NCBI GenBank assembly: GCA_951406725.2
Contig: OX597815.1
Coordinates: 177,010,001-177,074,000, forward strand
DNA: 64,000 nucleotides
Direction: 5' to 3'
DNA from: Octopus vulgaris
Lineage: Eukaryota
In this document: piece after piece, positions 11,231 through 22,216 of the stretch
Numbering within the stretch: the first letter of the stretch is position 1
Layout: the number at the start of each line of letters is the position of its first letter
Position numbers and translations under genes: made by a program
Notes under the pieces: generated by a model
What the model was told of the DNA's origin: nothing
Databases searched by the model: none
Seen by the model: only the letters and a program-made list of their open reading frames with translations

Positions 11231-12409
11231 CTGTGACAAAATAAGACGGAAAGTATGAATGCGAACGGTGTCACTACCCAATATTTTATGGATAGCTTTC
11301 CATATTATATCCCTGGGTAAAGCCACCCTCTTTGCTTGTAACTTTTTCGCTGTTCGATGTATCAATAATCATCAGTATACTAAGGATAAATAAAACCGCA
11401 TTTAGTAAGACGCAAATCAACCATAGTAAAGATTAAAACTCTTAACACAATGCGAGAATATAAAAGACCGCAAGGGATTTTCAATTCAGTAGCACACTTT
11501 AATCGCTACATTGTGCATGGCCGACAAAAATATACCGTACGCAATTGTCATCCATTTAAATGGCACTAAAAGCACGATACATAGCCAAAATTAGAATGAT
11601 ACATCACACATAATAAGTGTAATAAGTGTAATATAATAACAACACACAGAAGTGACATTCTGCACAATTACCTCCACCTAATATGAAACACCCCACACAC
11701 TTTCTATACATAATCACTAACTTTAAATGGCATAGAAACACAAATACCACCACACGTGCTAAACACTAAAATAACACTAGAAAATAAAAAAAAAACCCTA
11801 ATTATACAACAAGAGAAAACTGGTGTATAATTCAGATACATTTCATAATAGCCTATGGATAGCTTAAAAAGTTTTACCTGAATTCGCAGATCGTCGAAGT
11901 TGTTAAAAGCAAGGTCGTTACTTCCACCCTGCTCCGTCGGGCATGTCAGTTCCCTGTAGCTATGTATGATAATAGTTTTCTGTAGTTCCTTTCCCAGGAA
12001 AAAGATAAACCCTGAACGGGAAACACAAAACCTGTAAATTAATTTATGTGAGTTTCCATCAGATAATAAATCGGGGAAAGGATCAGAGATAAACTAACCA
12101 AATACAAAATAGTTTGGATATAGAGTTTGAAAACCTACAGCACCTTAAAACGAAGCAACACAGACTTAGCCATCACGAGAAAAGCATATGAGAAGCATTT
12201 TAACAATACCAAACGGGAAACATATTTCCAAGATATTGTAACATAGTACTGAACGACATATTCCATGAAAATCCCTCACGATCTAAATTATGAAGGATTA
12301 GGGCAACACTTAAGCAGGTGACTGGAAATAACTCTGTACTCTTGTACTGTTTCGTTTTTGGGCCATAGGTAACAGCCAAGCAGGAAAGGATAAAAGTACG
12401 AACATTGAT

Positions 12410-12446
<37 letters not shown>

Positions 12447-12789
12447 TACATAGAGAGACAGTAGAAGAGAGAGCAAGTCACTGAAGCAGAAAATTATGAA
12501 ATGCACTTCCTGAGCTTACGGCTGTTTCTGAGGCAGTGAACTCAGTGCTGACTGCTTGTGCATCACCAAATAGTTACCCCGGAACTTAAAAAATGAAGTA
12601 CAATTTTATTTAGGAAATCATTTACATACACGAAAAACAGCTGTAACCTATTGAAGTTCATCGCAAAATTTTGTTTTCCTATCTGTTCTGAGGCACATGT
12701 ATATTAAGCTCTAATATCAGGTTCTTGGGTATCGCTACACCTTGAGTGCGTGCACACACACACACACACACATGCTGGACAGCTGAAAT

Positions 12790-12966
12790 CTACAAGTTTT
12801 TCTTCATTCTCTCTCAGTTTGTTTTCTCTTATTCCTTTCTGCTGAAGAGCGTAAGCTCGAAACATAAAAGGCCTTCTCATTCTCCCGAGCGTCAAGCTAA
12901 TACACCTGTTTACTGTTCATACACCTATCTTTGTCATTTGTTTTTCTATAAATTTCAACTAATATT

Positions 12967-12968
<2 letters not shown>
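12790..12968 (+). mobile_element. HHR element family A
   Basis: CCTTT-CTGCTGA(12839)-AGAGC GTAA GCTC-GAAA-CA-TA-AAAGG; distal CCCGAGCGTC; tail ends in long (TA)n. Confidence 0.8.
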
Positions 12969-13036
<68 letters not shown>

Positions 13037-13267
13037 AATGTTTATATGAATGAAAACTTGTTGTAGGAAATTGAACATTGTTAAATTCAAATGGCAATCC
13101 ATATTATACTTTTGTATTTATAGAACTGATGACATGCATGATTCTGTGGTTTTTGAATGAGACGAGAGATTCAGAAAAAAATAAAACCCATCCTAAATGT
13201 TAGAACTGTATATACGCTGTCTTCAGCTGCGTGGCTGAAACGAATAAAAGACTATAGAGAGATTGTG

Positions 13268-13520
13268 AAGGCGTGCTGTGGTTCGACTGTTGCTTCGTTC
13301 ACGATCTAGTGATCCTGATTTCAGTTGCTAGACCGTGTGATGCGTTGGGTTCTTGAGCAAAACACTTCATCTCACGCTGCTTTGCGATCACTTCGGCACC
13401 TGACATGTGGTACACGGAACACTTACTCGGGCAAAGTCGATTTGATGGAGAAAGAGAGAGGTAATGTGTGTCACGAACATTTCATATCTATAAACAAATC
13501 ATTTGTGCATGGCGTTTTGC
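13268..13520 (+). mobile_element. SINE, family 4-like head, degenerate
   Basis: GTTCTTGAGCAAAACACTTCATCTCACG similar to 37637-37665. Confidence 0.55.
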
Positions 13521-13557
13521 AAAAGCTAAATGCTCATCATTCTTTCTCTCCTCTCTC

Positions 13558-13598
<41 letters not shown>

Positions 13599-13621
13599 TT
13601 ATTTATTCTGCCTATATGTCT

Positions 13622-13846
13622 GTGCACACCTTTCAATGCAAGGTATGTCAGAAAGTCTGCAAATCCAATGGCGGTCTCAAAAGACATTTTAAGTTCCACA
13701 AAGATAAGAACTTTAGTGGTCCAAATCGGATATGCAATTTATGTGGTTGTCTTTTCAAAACATTGTCTGGTTTAAAAAGCCACATCAGAAGCCATAACGG
13801 TTCTGTAGGTACAGGAGGGGTCACACACTGCATAAGACAACCACCA
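13622..13846 (+). mobile_element. RTE-type LINE 3' end with two C2H2 zinc fingers
   Basis: FQCKVCQKVCKSNGGLKRHFKFH and ICNLCGCLFKTLSGLKSHIRSH; no TGEKP linker; runs directly into (TA)n, as expected for a 5'-truncated RTE. Confidence 0.7.
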
Positions 13847-13860
13847 TATATATATATATA

Positions 13861-14132
13861 TGTAAAATAATATGTGAAAATTATTCAGTAGCCAAGATAA
13901 AACTCTGAGTTTCGGATGCCGAGGTGGAAATCCACACCACCATCCCTTCGGTTATCTGGTTTCAAATGGCCAGATAACCGAAGAGATGGTGGTGTGGATT
14001 TCCACCTCGGCATCCGAAACTCAGAGTTTTATCTTGGCTACTGAATAAGTGTCACATATTATTTTACAAGTTCCTCTATTTACATAATATTGAGGTCTCT
14101 TTCTTTCTTTTGTTATCTTACCGTTTTTACCA
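13861..14132 (+). mobile_element. Penelope-like inverted pLTR fold-back with HHR motif in both arms
   Basis: 99-bp arms 13861-13959 / 13970-14068 with 3 mismatches; AGATAA-CCGAAGA-GATG..CATC-C-GAAA-CTCAGAG-TT-TTATCT; (TA)n on both sides. Confidence 0.8.
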
Positions 14133-15184
14133 ATATATATATATATATATATATATATGCAGGCAAACGTACATAAATATACATTTGTGTGTGTATTAAC
14201 TTTTTGCCTTTTAGCGCAAAGGTAAATGAAAAGCGCTTTGAATAATTGTTTACTAATATTTAAAAAAACGAACCCCCACGCCGACACACAGGCTTATACA
14301 ACGTAGTATTATGCACAGGGATAAAACCACTTACAGATATGGACACCGAAACAGATTTTGCCGTTTGTAATTGTGTTAGAATTGTATTTCCTCGTTATTT
14401 GCTCATTTAACTCGATAAGTCACCTTAAGCGCCGATTAGTTTACTTCAATTACAAGCCTGTTAAATCCTTATTCACTTATTGATTTATGTTTCCTACTTG
14501 ATTTCTTTTTTTTTTTTTTTTTGCTTTCGTTCTTATATACTTCCTCAATAGCAATCTATCTATATTGAATCTTATGAAATTCTCCCCGAAGACAGAAATG
14601 CGTTTTTCGAATTATAATGCTCACGTGCAGATAAACTTATTTGCATTTATTTTATATTTTCCAACAGTTTCAGATTCTCAATATCACTTATATGTTTGAC
14701 ATGGTGAATGTTCGTGTAATTAAGAAAAATATAGACGCTTCTAGGGATGTTTGTTTTTACTGTAAAAGGCTGTTGTGGATCAGAAATGGAAAAATGCCAG
14801 AATAAGTTTCTTTCTGTATTTAGTATAATTTCCTGTGAGATTTGCTTTCGAACGAAGTGGCGAGAACAAGTTCCTCTCATAAAGTCGTGTCTTCTGTAAA
14901 TGATCTCAGTAGTTAGTCACAAGTGTGAAAGATGAGAAATAATAGGACAGTGACATAGTTTCAACTGACATTGCTTCGAAACCCCTTAAGAATTACGTGA
15001 AACAGCAAAAGTTTGTGTTTAATACTTCTTCAGGCGAAGCATTTGTCTCTATTCAAAACAGAATACTACTTTCAGTGAATCTTCATTGCCGAGTGGCATT
15101 CTACTTCATAGTTGAGAATGTCATTAATGCTGAAACGTGATGCAATATGCACATACAGCGGCGGTATTCTTTTATTCTCTTATT

Positions 15185-15600
15185 CTTTCGTTCTCTTATT
15201 TCAGTTCTTTTGATTGTGGCGATGGTTGGGTACTGCGTTGGAGAATATTAATCCAACGAATCGATCACGGAACATAGTTTTAATCCTGGTAGATATTCTA
15301 TAATTTTCTTTTCCCGAACCGCTAAGTAATGGGGACGTAAACACCAAAAGCGGTTGCCAAGCAGTGGTGGCAGAAAAAAACACAACCACACACGCGCAAA
15401 CACACATGCACACACACGCACACATACACACATACAAAAACACGATGGCCTTCTTTAAGTTTCTGTCTACCAAATCCACTAACAAGGCTTTAGTCAACCC
15501 AGAACCAGAAGACACTTGCCCAAAGTGCCACGCAGCGGTCCAGAAACCGAAACCATGTGACTCGGAAGCAAACGTCTTACCATAAAGCGACGCCCACGCC
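15185..15600 (-). mobile_element. SINE family 2
   Basis: TCTACCAAATCCACT..AAGACACTTGCCCAAAGTGCCACGCAG with internal (CA)n. Confidence 0.85.
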
Positions 15601-16452
15601 TCCTACTTATATTAAGATTCTTTTTGAAGATGTTGACGTTTAAGAAAATACATAAATTCCTATGAAACTTCCCACTTCCATATGCGCATATAGATGCGTA
15701 TATATAGAATTTATAGACTTGCCCTTGTGTATTTATGTGCATTTCAGATTTTTCCCTGAGATAATCATGCTTGGCTATAGTCACGCCTTTCAGAGAAGCA
15801 TAAACATTTAATAAGTTAATTGCTGGTAGAGAAACAATATTTCGTTTTACAGCCCTAACCTACAACCAAGCTATTTAAAGGTTTATAACTCGTTACTCTG
15901 TCCTACTTTTCTGGTAGCTGTGCGTGTTTTTATATTCAAGTTTATCTACAGATTTTAGAGCTAGAAAGTTCCACCGTTTCGAATGCGTCTATGTGAACAA
16001 TGCGATCGAATATGGGAATATAGGTAATGGGTGTATATGTATATTTGAAGAATTGAAGAAGGGGCAATACTTCCTCAAATACACACAGGCACCAATTAAC
16101 TAATTTACTAGTTTCGATCGCATAGTTTACATATTCGTATTCGTATACACGACGTGGTAACTCTCAGTGCTGGCTCTATATTTTATAGAAAACATTTAAT
16201 ATAATATACAGTTGTCGTTTTTAATCTAACAGTCCCTCTGTTGTGTTCGCCGATTTTTTTTTACAACACGGCAAGCTTTCCCCAATATTAGTTAAGGTAT
16301 TCTTTTTCTGTTTCCAATGTATCACAGTTCGGATTTTGCTTGAGCGAGCAATGAATGGGTGCACGACATCGACGAGCAAACATGAAGGCTAAAATGCGTG
16401 TGTCGTACTTGAGAATCTCTCCTGCCAAGGTGTTTGCTACGTTTCGATATTC

Positions 16453-16682
16453 GGCGAGCTGGCAGAACCGTTAGCACGCCGGGCGAAATGCGTAGCCGTA
16501 TTTCGTCTGCCGTTACGTTCTGAGTTCAAATTCTGCCGAGGTCGACTTTGCCTTTCATCCTTTCGGGGTTGATAAATTAAGTATCAGTTACACACTGGGG
16601 TCGATGTAATCGGCTTAATCCGTTTGACTGTCCTTGTTTGTCCCCTCTATGTTTAGCCCCTTGTGGGTAATAAAGAAACAGA
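16453..16682 (+). mobile_element. SINE family 1
   Basis: Near-identical to 3012-3243. Confidence 0.92.
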
Positions 16683-16744
16683 TATTCGGTGTGTTTTTTA
16701 ACGCAATATCTTTATGAAATGATGATTCTCCCAAACTAAAAAGC

Positions 16745-16925
16745 CCCAGAATCACGCCCTTTAACGGGATGTATACATTTGGCTTGATACACAGATAGCG
16801 ATTTGATATATATATATATACTCCCAAACAAAAAAAACAAATCCCAGAATCCTGCACTTCAACGGGGAGTATACATTTGTCTTGATACGCAGATAGCGAT
16901 TTGACATATATATATATAAATATAT
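16745..16925. repeat. Two-copy tandem duplication of about 100 bp
   Basis: CCCAGAATC..AACGGG..GTATACATTTG.CTTGATAC.CAGATAGCGATTTGA.ATATA occurs twice. Confidence 0.85.
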
Positions 16926-16930
16926 ATATA

Positions 16931-17335
16931 GAATTGAAGAAATTGGAGTCAAGGATAAGGAGTATGGTTGGAGATTTATTTATTAGTCGCTACAGTTGTT
17001 TCGACACAACGTAGTACTCCAAGAATATTGGCATTTGATTATGCAACTGTTTGTTTGCATAATGAGATCCAGTTGTGTTTCCTCAGGCTGTATACGAGTG
17101 TTGTCTCTGTTTAAACCGCGATGAACAGAGATGGCTTTGAAGTCGAAAATTTTAAACTAACGGTGACAACACTCGTATATCGCCCGAGGAAAATAATTGG
17201 ATCTCATTATGCAAACAGTTGAATAATGAAATACTTGTATTCTTGGAGAATTACGTTGTGTTGAAACAATTGTAGCAATTAATAAATAAATGTCCAATCG
17301 TATTCCTTCTTCTTCACTCCAGTTTCTTCAATTTC
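16931..17335. mobile_element. Older PLE-like fold-back with extended-stem-II HHR in each arm
   Basis: Arms about 16931-17115 / 17151-17335; minus arm CTGAGGA-A-ACACAAC..GTTGTGT-C-GAAA-CAACTG-TA-GCGA; plus arm TCGC-CCGAGGA..GAAA-CAATTG-TA-GC. Confidence 0.72.
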
Positions 17336-17367
17336 ATATTCACACACGATAAATCTAAACTTAGAAG

Positions 17368-17552
<185 letters not shown>

Positions 17553-18049
17553 ACCGATAGTACTCGGTAAATCTGAAGGTGGATCAGCTTTATAGTGTAC
17601 ACAACCCCATGCCTAACGGAATATAATGCAACTATATACATACATATATGAGTGTGTGTATACACACATACATATATGAATGTGTGCGTGTGCTATGTGA
17701 AAGTGTGGGTGGGTGTGAATAAATATTGTTTATTCTCTTCTATTTACAATATAATCTCATCCAATTTTGCAAGAAATTTATCTTCTGAGCTTGCATATTA
17801 GCAGGGATTATTCAAGTATTTTGCAACTGCACTGGTTTACAAATATGTGCCTCACTCAGAATCGACCTCTGCTTTCACATTTGTCCCCTTCTCTTTTTCA
17901 CATTGCTCTTTTTCCTCCACTAAAATAGCAATTTATGGAATCGAAGCAGCATTGGCTATTATATAATTCGAGAGCTTATTGGTTACTGAATTCACTAAAT
18001 TGAACGGCAATTGAACAGCTGCCAGATATTTTGTACCCCATTCCTACAG

Positions 18050-18420
18050 AATGTCCCCTTCGAATAAGAAGAGATGAAGAAAAAAAATAATCATAACTCT
18101 GTAACGAACAAAAATTGATTTTCGAAAGGAAATCGTAGTCAGAATTAAAGGAAAAACTGTGGTAGCTTTAACAATAACGACGGATATTTTCGGAGAAAAG
18201 AAAAATTGTACGCGGATTCGATAAAGTAAATGAGCAAGAATTTGCCTCATTTTACCAGATGGAATTCTTTGTTTTGCACTTATCTTTGAATAAAGGAATT
18301 TTGGGAAGCGGGAAGTTGTCACAAAAACCTTCAAGAAATTTGGCATAAATAGCAATTTGGATAGCACTACAGCTGACTAGTGTGATGAAGATGCTGAGAA
18401 TAATGCAGACTTCTCAAAAT
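18050..18420 (+). mobile_element. Possible pogo/Tigger transposase remnant
   Basis: About 18310-18410 translates EVVTKTFKKFGINSNLDSTTAD*CDEDAE, like the pogo C-terminus I.KSFKKCGISN.LDGSEDD. Confidence 0.4.
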
Positions 18421-20139
18421 TCAAACATCTTAACAAATTCTAAAGTTTCGAAGATTGTAATGCTGCTAAAGACTGCTTCTAATTTGTGTGTGTGTGTTCA
18501 TTTCAATATGTCTATTTTTTACAACTATGGCACCAATGATTTTTAAAAGAAGCAAACTATTTTATTTTCATTGGCTGTTTTCCTATGATTTAAGAAAATA
18601 GTGACATCATTCCTATTAAGACTGCTCAGAGAATACTAGACATCTAGCAATTAAAACCTTTGTATTTGATGTTTGCAAAAACAATTCTCTTCAAAATAAG
18701 AGCATGTCCATGCAACTTATATGTTGGTAAATTCTGCGCATTTAATTGCTATTACTAACAGCTTGCGTAAACTAGAGTCCGATTCTCCGTACAAACGGCA
18801 CAGAGAATAACCTAAAGAGAGAACGCTAGACATATTCCAATATTTCTACTAGTTGCTTCATCATAAAAGGACTCTAGAAATCCATCACTCTTTCTCCCCC
18901 CACCCCTCTCTCTGTACCTAACGTTTGTCTTTTTACTCGCTCAGATTCTCCAACTTGCCAAATAATGAAACGTGTTTACATATAAACGCTTATACATACA
19001 ACAGTACCCCTATATTAAGCAATTTTAAAGAACTGATGAAATATATAAGAGAATAGGACATCTTTAGAAAGATGTTATAGTATTACCCGTCGTACAACCT
19101 GAAATATGTCGCCGAACATTCAGAAATATTAAACGTAATATATTAATACCACAATATTTCTACAGTATCTCTTATCGAAGTCACTCGCTTCACAGCTTCT
19201 ATTTTCGCCTGCTCCCTATCGTAAATCTGTCACACAATCACACACACACACACAAACATACGCGAAATCAAAATAATACACCCACCTAAAATTCCCAGCC
19301 TGTATCTTGCGACTCTAGGAACACTCTTCGCTGCCATATCACAAAAAAAAAAAAATATCCTATCTCATATAATGTATGCTGCTAACGTCACTACGGTATC
19401 ATCTAATAATCAATCAATCAAATTTCGAATGAGTTCAAACATAGCGTTAAATCAGTAGAGAGGATAAGTCAACAAAATCTAGAACATAAAAGACTCCCCA
19501 AACTAGACCCATTGCTTGGAACATTTTAAAACATATCAATGCAGCGAAACAAGCTATCCGCTTTAGCAAGCAAAACATTTTAAATGTAAATCTCCACAAA
19601 CAGCCATTGCTTTTTCTCTTAAGCGATATATCTTTATGCACACAAACACTCACGACATTACGCACAAAACCCCATTACTCTTATGATGCACACTGCCTAA
19701 CAAGCGCAATGTGGAAACGTGTCTACATTTGCGTATAATCAAATGTATCTTTATGTATTTATTGTTGATACCATTTTGTTTATTAGTATATAAATAAGTA
19801 GCTGTTCACTCCTACCTAACTGATTTCGTTTGGCATTCATGATTTTACTTGCATATTCTTGTGCCTACGCGTACATACATGGCTGTCTCTGCATATATTG
19901 CACTGTTCTATATGGATACCAGTCTCTTAGCCTATGCGCATTTGAATATCCAGTTACTCAAGAAGAGATCCCCGCTAAAACTCACACATATGGCCTATTG
20001 CCTCTGTACTTTACAGTTGCCCTCCCAACGTAGGTGTAGTCGATTCCACCTACTTTTAGAGGGCGACTGCCGCTATAACGCAACGCTAGGGAATTTGAAT
20101 GGGTTAACGGAACCCACATAACTGAAATTTTCTTAGACT

Positions 20140-20256
20140 GCTCTTTTCTTCTGAAGATGGGCCTTTGTGCCTGAAATATAAAGGTTTTATCAAACCTCCC
20201 GCATTGTCAGAAGCGTTCCATTTTCTCTCTTTTTATCTCCTTCTCTCTCTCTCTCC
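20140..20256 (+). ncRNA. HHR-like motif, weak stems I/III
   Basis: CTGAAGA-T-GGGC CTTTGT GCCT-GAAA-TA-TA-AAGG, followed by pyrimidine tail and (TA)n. Confidence 0.4.
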
Positions 20257-20277
20257 ATATATATATATATATATATT

Positions 20278-20510
20278 TATTTCAGTCATCTGCTTGAAGG
20301 GTTTTTTTAATCAAACAAATGGATCCCAGGACTTTTTCTAAAGCCTAATAATTATTCTATCGCTAAGTTACGGGAACGTAAACACACCAACATCGGTTGT
20401 CAAGCGTGGATGGGGAGACAAACATAGACACAAAGACACAGACATAGATACACAGACATACACATACATACGACGGGCTTCTATCAGTTTCCGTCAACCA
20501 AATTCACTCA
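20278..20510 (-). mobile_element. SINE family 2, partial
   Basis: GCTAAGTTACGGGAACGTAAACACACCAACATCGGTTGTCAAGCG..CAGTTTCCGTC. Confidence 0.82.
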
Positions 20511-21306
20511 CATTCACTTCTGACCACACACTCACGCACGCAACCCCCCACCACAAAAAGCACCCAGTATATTCTGTAAAGTATTTGGCGTTGCGAACGG
20601 TATCTAGCCGCAGAAATCAAGTCGCCTAAGGAAAAACAACAAAAAACACTCCCTATATGTTAAACTATGAAACTGCTGCCGTTGCTGCTGCTGTTATTAC
20701 TATATTTCAAATATTGTTTCAAATTTTGGCACAAGGCCAGCAATTCTAGGTAGAGAGTTGGAGAGAGAGTTACAGTACACAGGCTCAAATTTGGCTGGTA
20801 CTCTATTTTATTGACCTCATATTAGTTGACCTCGGCAAAATAAAATAATAATACATTTCACTGGTACCAGACGAAAAATTGTGCATAGATTCTTGCTATT
20901 CCTGCTATCAAATCAAACTATTTACAAGATTTATTTGAATTGGTCGGGAATTTCTGCTGCCGAGTGATCAACGCATTTAGTCGGTATTGTGCCATTTCCA
21001 CAGTTCCATCAAGCTTTCCACTGATTAAAACAATTCTTATGGGGAATGTGAAAAACATCGACTGAAAATTAGAAGAAAGTTTTCTTCGATTATAAAAGTG
21101 ACGTGAATGAGTCTAAGATGAATGTCTCCTCTGACGAAATATCGATACTTGAAACACGATCGATCCTTCTCATGGAGCACCGACATAACCAATTTCTTAT
21201 GTATTATATATAACACCTGCAAAAGAATAAAATATTTATTGATTAAAATATAGCAATCGAACAAAATAATTTTGTACTCGCGCGTATGTATCTTTCACAC
21301 CCACCA

Positions 21307-21347
<41 letters not shown>

Positions 21348-22179
21348 ACTCTCACACACATATATGTATACTGTGTGTGTGTGTATTTATATTTACGTAA
21401 GCGCATGCACATTTGCAATCGCTCATATGCACATACACGCTCATGTTTCATGTCGTTTATGCAATGCGCCTATCAACAGAAAAATCGACCTCTTCCTACG
21501 CAGGGGAAATGTGTAAAAGACTTGTATTGTGAAAACTTTCACTCGAGAGCAATATTTTTCTTATTCAATATTCATGAATATATTTATGAGTACATTTACA
21601 CCTCACAAACACTACACATATAAGAGTGCATCAACCAAAGTCCGTCTATCTGTCTGTCTGTTTATCTATCTATCTATCTTAACTCTCTCTCCTTCACTCG
21701 TCTACTATTATATGTGTCTGCGTGGGCGCATGTTTGTGTGTATGTGTGTGTGCAATGGCTGTGTTCATGCATTTATATATTCTCGTATAGATTTCATAGT
21801 CTACGTCTCCTAATGAAGGCTCCACTTACGCATTGTTCTTATGTGATAATACACATTATCTTTGCTTATTTCTCTGCTTATCAATTTGTTCATATTACGT
21901 TTTCCCACACCTACATACACACACGTGGTGCACACTCACAGCCACACTCACACATGTGCGCGGACACACTCAAGCACACTTACACATTAAAATATATACA
22001 CACACACCTGTTTCGAATATCTGTCACACAACATTTGTGTTTTCCCACGCTTATTGATTGATAATTTAAGCCTCCAATGACCTATTTCAGATGTGGATTT
22101 GGTTCGCTTGTTGTAGTTTATTAATTAATTCTACTGCAACTGGCCGCACGTCTAGATTTATTGTTCAAGAGTGTGTGTA

Positions 22180-22216
<37 letters not shown>

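Noticed and set aside
12512-12575. Minus-strand HHR-like motif (GTGATGC..GCAGT/ACTGC..GAAA CAGCCG TA) ending near (TA)n
   Set aside because: Two core mismatches and no stem I; plausible relic but unsupported.
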